DNA from: Pavona decussata
Lineage: Eukaryota
NCBI GenBank assembly: GCA_977016875.1
Contig: CDRNST010000213.1
Coordinates: 806,001-870,000 of the forward strand
Direction: 5' to 3'
Length of the DNA stretch: 64,000 bases
Shown here in pieces: positions 39,005 to 51,361 of this stretch. The translations under genes were made by a program, and so were the position numbers. The notes beneath the pieces are model-generated. The model searched no databases and was not told the origin of the DNA. It worked only from the letters and a program-made list of their open reading frames with translations. Position 1 is the first letter of the stretch, and each line of letters opens with the position of its first letter.

Positions 39005-40433
39005 GTTTATTTTACTCATGACAAAAGACTTAGAGAAAAACTTTAATTTTGACAATTTAATCCAAGCGGCGAAGAAAGTAATACCTCAGTGGAGGAGAAG
39101 AAACCTCCCGAAACATTCTTGGTCTACCCGAACCGCTGACAGGGAAGGCCGACGGAGGTCATGTGACGTTGATTCAGAAACCAACGTTAGAGTGTTGTAA
39201 GCGAAGTGAAAGGAAAATAGTGAGTGTTGGTATCTTATTGTCGGTCTTCGTGTTATATCCTGCAATGCCATCGGCTGAAGAGAGCTTGTCTGACACAGAA
39301 AGTAAGCAATTGAACAGCTAAGACGAAATTGAAGTCACGTGTTCCTTAATCTTCGTCACAGCTTCCAGAACAACCGAGAGAAGACTAAATCAACCGGTGA
39401 GCCAAAATAGAGGCAAATTTAAAGGGCACTTTAAGATTGAGGGTTTCCTCTTAAACCGGAAACCCCAAACGTCGACCAACAGTTTACATAATCGGGGCTT
39501 AATATCGAGGGTTACTTTTTATCTTTGTATCATGGGATATTCGCAGGAAACCAAGATGCCAAGGAATGGGATGATACAGGATCTTCGTAAAAAATATGAA
39601 TTACTGTAATGTAGTTTGGCAAGGAAACATGTACCTCACGACGCCATGTTTGTACATGACCATTTATGCACTAACGGTTGGTAATTCTTGTAATCTCGCA
39701 ATAGAACCAAACAAACCTCTCACTCACCGAGATAATATAAAATCTCTGAGGAAAATAAATTTGACTCTTTCGGAATTCACTTACCTCTAGACAGTGTCCA
39801 TGACGTTGAAACCTGAACCTCAAACGTCAAACGGGACGGCAGGAACGGAGTCACGTGAATTTTAGGATTTTGCAGTTTGCCGTAGACGAGGAAAAACCTC
39901 AATCCTAAGGTCCCTAAAATTTCTGATTTTCCTTTTCCGACGATCATACGAGTCAATAATATATTCAACATTGTGCACCCTACTGAAGTTGTAAATGTAA
40001 TTATGAAAAATTGTAACCAGTGCACGTGCACGCCTCAAGCAGTTGTAAAAGAGTTACATGATAAAGGGTTCTGCGCGACCTTAAGGCGCAGTTAAAATGA
40101 AGTTTTATAAAACAACAGAGGGAAACAATATTTTCTTTCATATTTCTAGTTAATAAACCCGTCACGCAAAGATGATAGAGCCGTCTAGCATGGTCATGTA
40201 GAAAATAATTTTTTGACGATAGTCTCCTCGGTATACTGATTTGCATCGCATCTCGAGGTGAGGTAGATATAGCCACGGAATTCCTAATACGTCAGAACCA
40301 ACTACAATTTTCATGTGTTTATTTTACTCATGACATGAGACTTAGAGACAAACTTAATTTTGACAATTTAATCCAAGCGGCGAAGAAAGTATTATCTTAC
40401 TGGAGGAGAGGAAAACCTCGCTAAATATTCTTG
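39005..40433. repeat. ~115-bp direct repeat pair (39005-39122 and 40317-40433)
   Basis: Both read gtttattttactcatgaca...ttttgacaatttaatccaagcggcgaagaaagta...ggaggaga...attcttgg. Confidence 0.8.
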
Positions 40434-42269
40434 GCAAAATTCAAGTCATAAAATCCTTCATCGTCCCAAAATTTCTTTACCGCTTCACCACCACTTGTTA
40501 GTCAGAAAATATTGTGAAATAAATCAGTAAAATATTGTACAACTTTAAATAGAATGGAAAAGAAAAAATAAGGGGAGTGGAGTGGGGGTTTAAAATGGCC
40601 CACATAGAGTCTGCCACTGCAGCTCACAAGAATATGTTTTTGAAGAGATAGGCCGATGATAAATATCTTTCTTTTAAAGGGCGTCCCATAAGGCGTACTA
40701 GTGGTAGAGCGACCTACTTGGGACAATAAATTAATTTGTATTCAGGAAAAATTATTTTTTTTATCTACAACTAGCAAGAAAAGTCCTTTTATCAATTAGG
40801 GATATGCTAACTAAAACAAGTAACTCTCTTGGATTTAATGAATTGGAGCAGAAAACGCTAAAACCACTGGATAATTATTTTCTTTGGTTGGGCATTGTTG
40901 ACTCTATCCTTGTGAGTGGTGTTCAGTAATTAAATCTTGCGATCCGAGCTTACTTCGTAAAAAAAAACCTCTATATGCCCACTCAAATATTCTTTACAGC
41001 CTTAACCAGTATTCACGTATACAAGGAGCCTATGTCTAAGAGTGGAGCAGGGCAAGAAGTAAAGCTACGTAAATGGCTTCCTCCTTTGAGGACATCTCAG
41101 ACTGGGCAGTTATTTACAAAATTCGTTTCCTCTCGACAATTGACACCAGAACTAGAATTAAAACTGTAGACAAAGGATACTCTCGTCATCGTTATCACTG
41201 GTTCAAGATTCGGTAAAGATTTGGCTGCCTGGAATTTTTAACTCTAAGTTTATTTCCAGGAAGCCGTTACCCCTATTATTTCATAATGAATACTTTTTTG
41301 TACTGACTGCGGGGGCTAGTAAAGTTTTGTTGTTGTTGTTGTTGCACACGGTATTATTGAAATCGGAAAAGGTATAGCAAACAAGAGGAACAAGTTAATT
41401 GTGCATATGGAAAAGTAGAAGAACGTTTAAGTAGTTTGATATTCCGGTTTACGGAGTACGTATTCATTTAAACGGAAACTGGGCGTTTTGAAAACGCACT
41501 AGCGCGGAGGGATGGCGCTTGATTCAGTTTTCGCGAGTAGTAAATGCATACTTTTAGCATTTTCCGTGATAAGAAATTTAACGTTGTAGCCAGACATGGT
41601 TAAAGATATCAAAAGGATTAAAAGTTGGCACTGACCAAAAATTCAAGATTAGGTAGTTTCGCTTCATAACTGCAACCTTTAGCGAGATATAAATGGAAAT
41701 GGCCTCGAAAAAGGCCAAATTAATAACTAGAATGTTAAACTTGTGTGTGTATTTTTTTTTTAGAAATTTTGGCTCCAGCTTATTTGTTTCAATATTCTTT
41801 TTGTGAATAGTTTTAATACTGTATATAATTTTATGTGTTTTATGTTATCCTTTTCTCTTATTAAGAGAAAATTGAATAGATTTATTAGTCAGTGCTTCTC
41901 ATTATGGGAGAAGCCGTTTAGCTTCCGTAAAGCCTACCGAGATTTTTTCGCAATAAAATTCTATTTCTGTGTAAATGGAATCTTATTACTCGGGCCGTAA
42001 GGCGGACTGAGTTAAGGTTTCGGTAGCATTATCAAATTCTTTTTTCTTTTTGGAGTCGCGATGGGCCGAGAGATAAGACTTCGGGCCACGAGTTATTGTT
42101 CTCGGTCTCGTTTTTTGTACTCGGCTGGTACGAGTTACGTTTCTGTCGTGTTATCAAATTCTTTAAATTCTTCGTTTTCGGGCCGTGAGGAGTGTTTACA
42201 ATATGCGAGCCAGACGTGCAAGGCATGACATGCGAGGCATGCGAGGCATGAACAACCCCAACATAAACT

Positions 42270-42400
42270 GCTAACCGTTAAGCTAACCGGGGAGCTATTT
42301 AAGCTAACCTAAGTGTTATTTAGGCCAACTGGAGTGCTCTTTAAGCTAACCGGAGTGTTTATTAGGCTAACCTGAGTCTCTCAAGGTTAGTTTTGTTTAA
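42270..42400. repeat. Degenerate ~20-bp tandem repeat (ta[a/g]gctaacc core)
   Basis: About five units of taagctaacc/taggctaacc separated by g(a/g)agtg.t.tt. Confidence 0.6.
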
Positions 42401-42642
42401 CCGAAAATTTGGCAACTTAATCAGTCTATGACCTCGAAGACCAAGATACAGAAGATAGATAAAGATGTCTCACGTTTACTATAGAAAAACAATCAATGTA
42501 GAAACAGTTTCAGTCTTCAAATGAAAGGTGAATAACAAATGCTTACCCCTGAATTTCATTTAAAAATATAAACAGCGAAACATTGAAAAACGTACAAGGA
42601 TATAAACGTACGCGTGATGTGCAACGTTACTCTAGTTACGCA

Positions 42643-43027
42643 GGGGGGGTGGGGGGGGGGGGGGTTACTCAACAGATGCTTGAGTAGGGAGGTGCAGCCC
42701 GGGCGTTCAAACCCTGAACCTGTTTAAGACACAATTCTCCGATTTCCCTATCCCGTTTAAGACAGAATTCAAACTTTTCAGGCCCTTTCTAAGTCATTTA
42801 ACCCAAAATCACACCCTGTTTAAGACTAGAATGAAATAAGAATACACTAGTTTCTTACTGTATTTTAATGCATTGGCAATCACAATCTGTTTAAGCCATT
42901 AGGGACAGAAAGTGATGAAATAGATACCCCGTTCAAGACAAAACGCCCTGAAAAACATACCCTAACGGGCCGCACGTCCCCGTTAAGGTCACATAAGGGA
43001 GTGCCTCCCCCCCCCCCCCCCCCCCGG
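42643..43027. mobile_element. Non-autonomous element with poly-G / poly-C inverted ends
   Basis: Starts (G)n-ttactc and ends gagtgcct-(C)n-gg, with internal repeats of 'ccc.gtttaagac'. Confidence 0.6.
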
Positions 43028-43626
43028 TCTAGATCATACCGAAAATTACGATCCATCATTGACCCGGCGTCACATACATATTAGGATCGTACAAATGGTT
43101 TCTGTCTCTGAATGAAAGGTGAAAACGTAAGGATTAAAGCCCGGGGATTTTGAAAAGCATTCGTATGACAAATGTCGTTTTTCCCTGTATTTCATTCTGA
43201 CTACAAGAAATGCAATTCTATCTGGTGGTTACTCACTGCCTCACTATATCTCTGTATCTATCTATTTAATAGCCTGCGAGCATGCTCTCTTGGGGATGGG
43301 GGGGGCGGGAGGGGGAAAGAGGTTCCACCCCCAACAGAGCTTGCTCGCACGCTATCTATTTGGGGGAATTGGCGATGCTGGAGGTTATCACTGTTAAAAG
43401 ATTGTAGGCTTTACGCACCACACAGTCAAATATGGCCCGAGTATAAGCTGGAAACAGCTTCTTGTTGGCTTTGAAAGCGGTAGAAAGTTTTCCATGTGGG
43501 CTTGCTCAATCTATCGCCTTTGACCTCTTTGGCTGGAAAAATCATGCAATCATTTTGGTAAATGTCAAATTAAAAACAAGGGAAAACCCTATGGCTCCCA
43601 GTAAAAAGTGTATAGCGAGAGAAGCC

Positions 43627-43646
43627 TAAATAAGTAAATAACTAAC

Positions 43647-43693
<47 letters not shown>

Positions 43694-43720
43694 AAAATAG
43701 ATAAATAAATAAATAAATAA
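43627..43720. repeat. (AAAT)n microsatellite
   Basis: Direct reading. Confidence 0.95.
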
Positions 43721-44000
43721 GCAGTAATGATTGATTTTTGAAAAACTTGCCAAGAAGCTGATTGAAGAGACGTTTACTCTGTAACTGAAATACTTCAGTT
43801 TCACTTCTGGTGAAAAAGGTCCAGGGTAGCATTTGTGAAATATGTCTCATTTCTAAGTCGTTGCAACCGATAGAAATGTGATGGTCCTAGGAGTTTTGCT
43901 TTAGAACAATGGTCTCTTCCGCACACTTAAACGTATTCCGCTCAGAGAAGTTTGCTTGTAATGTACTTTTTATACATCGTTCACTTTTCCAACAGCACAG

Positions 44001-44117
44001 GGCTGAGTTGCTCGAAGCATGGTTAGCGCTAACCATTGGTTAAGAGGGCTTAAAACCTATAGGTTGTCATGGCATTTAACCCGGGTTAGCGCTAACCATG
44101 CTTCGAGCAACTGGGCC
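44001..44117. mobile_element. Short MITE, PIF/Harbinger-like
   Basis: TIR ggc..agttgctcgaagcatggttagcgctaacc / ggttagcgctaaccatgcttcgagcaactgggcc, flanked by CAG and CTG. Confidence 0.8.
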
Positions 44118-45114
44118 CTGATTGGCCAGTTATGGTTTGGTAAGAGGAAGAACATATAATTGAAAATAGTACACAAATATGTAGATTATATGTTTGAAGG
44201 CTTCTGAAACAAAAAATAAAGAAGAGGAAAAAAATGTAGGTGAAAAAGTGGAAAGAAGGGTTGCTATTTTCTTTATCAAGACATAAGATAATTTGGTGTA
44301 TGCAGATTTTTCTTTTACAGATGCATGAAGATTATTTCTTTAACAATTTCAAGTTATTATAAGTAACTTGTACTTTTAAGTTATTTTAGTCATGTCACTT
44401 TAGTCATGAGTTTTTGCTTTGTTTTCCAATCTTGAGTATTTAATAAAGGATGATAAATACATTTACTCTCTAAGGTGATTTGTAGTGGTCCGCTATTACG
44501 AAGTATATTAAAAGTTAATGTATGCGGATCTGAGCATCAAGCGTCATATTAATTTACAGAACATCATCGTAATCGGTTTTTAAACTATAGCATATGACCT
44601 GTACTTGTTCTTTTTGTCCTCGATGATCATTCTAAATGAATAAAAGCTACCGACAAAACAGATTTCCATTCGATGAACAATTATAGAAAAGAGTGAGCTG
44701 CCTAAAACAGCCAAGCAATATCGGAAACTATACCTTGGTCGGTGAAACATTTACTCTAAGTATCGAGCTTTTCAGCAACATTACAGGAACTTTAGGCTTT
44801 TACCATCATTTTTCGCAACGCCTTATCATGATAAAGAGAATACATCAACGACAGAGGCGAATGCTAAGGATAATAACTAAGATATTTCAAGTTAAGGTGG
44901 CAAATAATGTCGAAAGCAAATTAAATTTTTCTGACAATTTCCAGTTCAAGATTAAACTGAAATAGAAAGCTATATTTTCTCCACTGCGATTGAATTGTTT
45001 TTTTTTATTCTATTAAAAACAATGTAACTGAGGGATCTGCTAAAGATGGCAGTTTGATAAAAATAACTTATGGTAAAAACATAGACTGATTTCCAAAACA
45101 GATGCTCCCCCAAG

Positions 45115-46254
45115 TCACAAAAGTTGACTATCCTTAACGCCTAAATGTACGCTTGCTTCTGGTCTCGGAAACTCTATATTCTGATGACTTCGGTTGAGGC
45201 ACATAACATCTCCAGAGAATGGGAAACGAGGGAATGGTTCAATGTTTCCATCCACCAACTCTGCGCCTCTGCACCTGGGTCTTTTCTTTTCCAAAGCATC
45301 AACCGTTCGCTCCTTTCTTTTCCAAAAAAATCCCATAAAGATAAATGGATTCGCCATATACCTAACAAATACTAATAGCTGTAGGTAGATTTGAACGTCG
45401 TTGCAGAGTGGGCAGCTTTTAATCCTGGCGACACGCAAAACCAGTGCCCACAGCGCCATGGGAACCAAGCTTATCAAATACGTTGTTACTATATTTATTG
45501 TCAAAAAGATCATTTTTCTCTCGGTAGTAGCACGTCTTTTCATAGATGCGTTAGGCCTTCTTGATAAAATTCTTAACGATTTAAACGAAGACCAGTTGGT
45601 GACCACGACAAAGATGCATGTAAGTATCAAAATGATGCTTAAAAGGGCAACCATTGGCCCTGAGTAAGGGCCTTCCAGGGTGGCTACGAAAACGCAGTGT
45701 AAAGAATTTATTTTGATAACAAGATGAGGCAGGGCGATAAAAAGCGGTATTACCCAGGTCATACTGATAAATCGTTTGATGTTCTCTTTCCTTATTCTCT
45801 TTCGGAATGGTCTTAATACAAAATCGTACCGTTCTAGGCTCAGGCAACAGATATTGATGCTGTCGGCGATAAAGAAATACGTCAAGGAAAAATATCTTAT
45901 TCTACAAAGAAAGCCTGGAACAGATCTCCATTGGATGAACGAAAGAAAAACCGTGGCAAACAGGCTGGGCATTCCTGTTAAACTGGCTATTGTACCAATT
46001 ACACATAAGTTTTGAAGTAGGTCTCTATAAGCCGTGTCCCGCTGGCGCGAGTTTCGTAAGCTCCTCAAAAGGGCAGTGTTACCACCAAATGTCAGACCTA
46101 TTTCCACGAAGAAAATTATCAAGAACGCGTTGATTTCCCTCGAAGAATGATTTGAAGACGTAGAGATTTTAGTAAGGCTAACTTCAGTTCCTTGTGTTTG
46201 ATTTTGCAGTCGAAGGTTAGGTGAAGTAGAGTACTCATAAGGCATACTCTTCAT
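45115..46254 (-). CDS. Rhodopsin-family (class A) G-protein-coupled receptor, intronless CDS, ~379 aa
   Basis: Seven hydrophobic segments. Motifs: TM1 GN (FGGNTALL), TM3 C...SLERY, TM4 W...P, TM6 SLVP, TM7 ANPFIF. N-terminal N-glycosylation sequons (NQT, NHS). First ATG at 46254; a possible 5'UTR acceptor (ttttcag) lies at ~46342. Confidence 0.9.
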   Translation of the reverse strand: MKSMPYEYSTSPNLRLQNQTQGTEVSLTKISTSSNHSSREINAFLIIFFVEIGLTFGGNTALLRSLRNSRQRDTAYRDLLQNLCVIGTIASLTGMPSLFATVFLSFIQWRSVPGFLCRIRYFSLTYFFIADSINICCLSLERYDFVLRPFRKRIRKENIKRFISMTWVIPLFIALPHLVIKINSLHCVFVATLEGPYSGPMVALLSIILILTCIFVVVTNWSSFKSLRILSRRPNASMKRRATTERKMIFLTINIVTTYLISLVPMALWALVLRVARIKSCPLCNDVQIYLQLLVFVRYMANPFIFMGFFWKRKERTVDALEKKRPRCRGAELVDGNIEPFPRFPFSGDVMCLNRSHQNIEFPRPEASVHLGVKDSQLL

Positions 46255-47990
46255 TTCCCAGAGGGCTAAAAAACTGAACAGTTTCCTGATAATGTCTGTA
46301 CAAAGCACATGTGAAGACTAGGGCTTCCGTTCTATTTCACTCTGAAAATGGAAATTCGGGTTTGGTCCTTAACGGAGAAAACAATAACTTATCCTGGGTA
46401 ATTGTCGTGAAAATTTGAATATCAATCATGGGAAACAGGAAAATATAATTCAAACCTTGAGCAGCTGGGACTTTGAATATTTATGTCCAGATCATTGTAT
46501 TTATGCCCTTTTATTTTATACCGTATCAGAAGCACCAAACGAGAAAACGCAGAATTCATTTTCCGTTTTCCAAGGTCGTTTTGGCGCCTTTAAAGGTCAA
46601 ACTTATTTGCTTCAAGGTAGCTTTATCTGTTTGAATTCTTCAACTTGATTTTAAGTTGCAGACGATCATGGGAACAGAATCCCATCCCCAAATTTAAATT
46701 CTCAATATTACCTTGGTTTTATATTGATTTTAAGCCGTTATTTATATAAACAAGAAGTTTTTTTTATAACAGATAAATTGAAGAAAGTATTTGTCTTCAA
46801 CAAGTAAATAAATGTGACATCAATTTTTTCTTGACTATAATATTTCTCTTTGGTAGTTAAATTGTGATAAACATGTTTGGATAAACAACATGCAGTCGTT
46901 TTAATTATAATCGAACCACAAACTGAAAGCTATACACAAATCACATTGAATTGTGCTGAACTTTATCTTTAAGGAACTCTTGCAAATGGAAATTAAGAGA
47001 AAACAGCGCTGATAAACTAAGATAAATTACTATCTGCTCCTGGATAATGAAGAATAACTGGCCACTGATTTTTTTAATAATTATAATGCTAAAAGCTTCC
47101 TTTCGTGGTAGTGAATTGTGTATTATAAAAAATGCAATAAAACACTAAATAACGCTTTACAAAAGTCAAAAGAAAGGATCCTTGTTCTTTTTTATATTAA
47201 AACTCTTTCTCCAATATTTTGCAGTTCTCACTGCAGTGGTTGATTAACGTGACAGATACGTCGCAGGTATGAAATAAATAAGCAAGGTTGAGATAATCAA
47301 CCCAAGTGCTCATCCACGGGATATAGTGCCACGGGTATACATAGAAGGCCACGAGGGCTTCCGTTCTGATACGAGTGACACTTACTCTTATAGGAAACGA
47401 GCATTTATTGTCTATCTTGGATATTTATTATATGCCTGTAGCATATTTCAAACTGGTGACATCCACGAAGAATTTCAAATTTTATCATAGTTAATTGAGG
47501 CACTGGTTATGAAACCTTGCCATGAAAATAATGGTGCCGCTGCAATTTATGTTGGAAGGGCCGCGACCGTGCACAATCCTTTGTTTTGATGTTCACACCA
47601 CAGTTGAATATCTTAAAAGAAACGTTTCTATTGGTCAGTTGCTCCAACACATTTAAAAATCTATTGTGGTTTATGTACGGTCAAGGCCTGAAATGCTAAC
47701 AAAAACACATAACAAAGATGTCAGCCTTCATAACCATTGCCTTTTATTAACTCTGATTTTATGTAGATCCTATGTTTGAACGTATTTTAACTTTGTCATT
47801 CACACTTGCGAATTTGATTAGGACGTCGCTCTGATGTTGATAGAATGTTTTGATAACCAGTGCCCTTTTTCGTTATCTTTTTCTTTTTTTTTTTTGTCTT
47901 TGAATTAAATACGTACCTGACGGCAGTTTTCATGTATTCATATAATCATGAAAAATTACCGGCAGGTACATATCGAATTTAGAAGAACAA

Positions 47991-48164
47991 ATAGGCCATT
48001 TCCTAGTTGCTGTGAACCTCACTATGAAAGCGAGGCTAAGTGCAAAACTATTCATATGAAAATTACTTTTGTTTGCATATGAAGGAAAAACTAATTTTCA
48101 TAACAAAAACTTTGCACTTTGCCTCGCTTTCACAATTAGGTTCAAAGCAACTCAGAAATGGTCT
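47991..48164. mobile_element. Palindromic MITE-like element
   Basis: ataggccatttcctagttgc...gaaagcgaggctaagtgcaaa is inverted in tttgcactttgcctcgctttc...gcaactcagaaatggtct. Confidence 0.7.
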
Positions 48165-48300
48165 CAGTATTATGGCAAATTTTCAATAAGGTTTAAGGGA
48201 GCAATTATGTGGAAGAGCCTTTCCATTGAAATCAGAAACATAAGTTCGTTTTAATTAATACTTTCAAAACCAAACTTAAAGAGTATGTTCAAGATCATCT
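48165..48300 (+). mobile_element. CR1-like LINE 3' remnant
   Basis: YGKFSIRFKGAIMWKSLSIEIRNISSF resembles the CR1 ORF2 C-terminal 'YGKFSIRF.G..IWN.L' motif. Confidence 0.55.
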
Positions 48301-51300
48301 TTCATAATAGTTTTCTATGCAATAAGTAATACGTTAGTCAATAAATGGCTTTTTTCCATTTGTGGTGTAAAACAAGAAGTCCGCCTTCTGTTATTAACTG
48401 ATTTACATCTCTATTTAAATAAACTAAAGTGAGGATCTTTTAAAAAGCTCAACAGAGCTTGCTGGGTCTCCTGCCTTTTGATGTAATAGCTTATTTTAAA
48501 TAAAGGTAAATAAAGGAACTTCTCCATTTTCTTTTTTCTTTCAAGATTTATTCGCCTTGGCTTATTCATCAACGGTTTCGATGGACCATTTGCTTTTGAT
48601 AAGATGAGACAGTGCAAGGATCCCTGGGAACATTAGGCTGTACTGGCCACCCGACATTAACTTACTTGCTGCCAAAGGCACAGACATATACCAGAGTACT
48701 TGGGGAATTAAATGGAAAAACGTGCACGAAAACGCCTATCACAGTAAATGAAATTGAGCAAAGAAAAAGAGAATCAAAGAAGAAAGGCTCAACATGGCGA
48801 GACCAGTGTTTCCTTTACTTTAACCTTTATACAGTCAAGAATTAATTTTTTTCTTTCCTGATCCATGACTTGGTCATATGAACAAAAAACACCTGATTTG
48901 TCGTTGTTGTTGCTACATGTTGTTCACGTAACAAAACAAAATAAACAAAAACAACAGGCCTTTTACGTATCCTCTACATGCAGCATATCTATCATTGCTT
49001 ATTTACTCTAAAATTTCGCTGTTCTTCATTCACTTGACTCTGAATTTGCTGTCCATGTTACCAAGAAATCAAAAAATTCCCTTTTCTGGACTTTCATCCA
49101 CCCGAGTGATAAATTATGGCGTTCCACAATCTACTGAGGTTCTTGAATATAAGCCATTTATTAACTGTATGTATGAAACACATTGATATCGTAACATTTC
49201 AAGAAACAATCGGAAACAATCATCACGCAGACTGAAAATTTGCTGAAATGTGGCAATGACCTATAAGTAAGTTATTATCAAATAAACTCAACCTCTGTTT
49301 TAGCCTGGTGCAAATGTTCCCAAATTTTCTTATTTTCACAAAAGAGAATTTTCACCAACACTCGTTTTACAAGAGAAGTAAAAGATAGTCAAAATTCAAA
49401 AAAAGGCTTCGCACTACGGAAACAAAATGGGATAATTGCTGTAAAAGGAGCCTGAGAGCCTGGATTTACAATTTTTGCTGTCGAAAGTCTACGTGCAAGC
49501 TAAAGATTGCATGAAAAACCACGAAAATGTGATCAAATTTTGCATCGGGCCAGTGAAATTAAATATCTCACGCATTATTTTACGCTATTGAAATAACAGT
49601 CAGACAGGAAGTCTCGGTTTACTTCAGTGTCACATCTCACTTAATATCAAAAGGGCTCGATTGGACAAATAATTTTAACCTATTTATCATTTCCAATAAT
49701 GAGCAACCATAAAATAAAAAGTAGTAACTTATTTATTTACAGTGGGACCTATGCTTTGGTATTTGCGAGTAATCTATTATTCACTAATCAACCGTACTAT
49801 AGGCTTCGGCGAGCAAAAGGGCTTCGACCTCAATCCACTTTAAAGCGGCACATGGTGTCAGGATCTTGGTCAGGTTCTACAGAGAAACCGGTTAAAACAA
49901 AGGTTAGCATTATATTATCAGCTAGGCCGGTCAATGTAAACTAATCGAAGTTTGAGGTGTTGCTGATCGAAGTGTAAGTGTAAGTGTTCTGAATTCTAAA
50001 AACAATCGGAAAACGTTACATTAAGCATGATATTCCTTTGTATGGTCCCCAGTCTTCTCTGTCGTTTTAGGAACGCGTATGAAGAGGGTGCGCAAGTGTC
50101 TCCCTTCCCATCAACCACAGACTTTTATGATTTAAGACTAGGAGACACGACAAGGCATAAGGCATACTCTTTTTCCTTATTTGTATAGATATCAAAAGCT
50201 CTAGTACTTGTACGCAGTTGTAGTTTGGGCCAAAGTTTAACTTTTCTGATTGTCGGTACAGCCATTCTAAGAGGAATTTGGGCCATCTTACTGGCGTTTA
50301 CATATTGTGTCTTAAGTATGAAACAGCTAGAAGGACATTCCACTCCATTCCCCAACTAAACATGCTTTTTGCAATGTATTTCTGCTTACCGAATTGTAAA
50401 AGAAAAACCATTTAGAGTAGAGTGTTTCGGTCGTATGGCCATGGTTTAAAATGGGAGGGATTATATCTGATAATTCTCCAAGCAGCGAAAAATGGTTGAA
50501 CTCACCTTTGTTTATATCCTTTTATAACGTTCCCTTTCTTGAAGTTTGTTAGTCTGTTTCGAAGCTTATTTCTTTTCATCTGTTCCAGAAAATGATCGTC
50601 CGATGTGAGACAATTTTCACAGAGAACTTAAAAGAGAAAAGGTATTTGAGGTGTTTATTCATTATAAGGACTAGCTAATAATGAACTATTAGGTAAAACT
50701 CTATTTTTCAATTTCACACTAACTAAAATTTTTATCCTAAAAAGATTTGACACTGTTTTAGATTACAATTAAAATGAAATTATTATAAAGAAAACGTTCA
50801 GCCTTCTAGAATGTGCACCTATTCATTTCGAACCAAAAGGATATTGCCTTGGACACTGTCACAGAGTAATATCTCCATTTCGGTGTCATATTAACAAAAC
50901 AATCCTTTTACTTAGAAAGGAAAAATATATCATCTACAAATGATTTTCATGCAGGTGTTTATACTCTGATTGATTTAAAATTTAAGATGCTAACGCTGTA
51001 CCGATAAAGGGAGGAAGAAAGGAAGAGCCTTCTAATTAAGGAAATCATTTATGGCGCCAATTATGAGATTAGCAGTTGTAGGGGTTGGGAAGAGGAGAGG
51101 GAGTGAGTGAGCTCAGTATTGTGGCAGCCCTTCTTCTCTAAATCGCTAGCCTTGTGTGTGGGAAAATATTTACACACCTACAGGTATTCGATAAATTCTA
51201 ACGTTGAAGACAATTAAGAGATACTGAAATACCTGACTGATGAAGAGTTTCAGGGGCTGAAACTGCAAGGTACATGTAGAAAATAAAATTAAATGTGAGG

Positions 51301-51361
51301 AAAATGAAAAAAAGGGACCCTAAATTCCACAATTTTCGTAACTTACAGAAAGGTGAATTAC

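Noticed and set aside
42270-42400. Regularly spaced short repeats superficially like a CRISPR array
   Set aside because: Eukaryotic context, spacers that are ~10 bp and similar to each other, and no cas genes; a degenerate minisatellite.
50327-50579. Candidate terminal exons for gene D (DEKK* at 50579; VGEWSGMSF* at 50355)
   Set aside because: Both are possible but too short to discriminate from chance; the 3' end is left unresolved.
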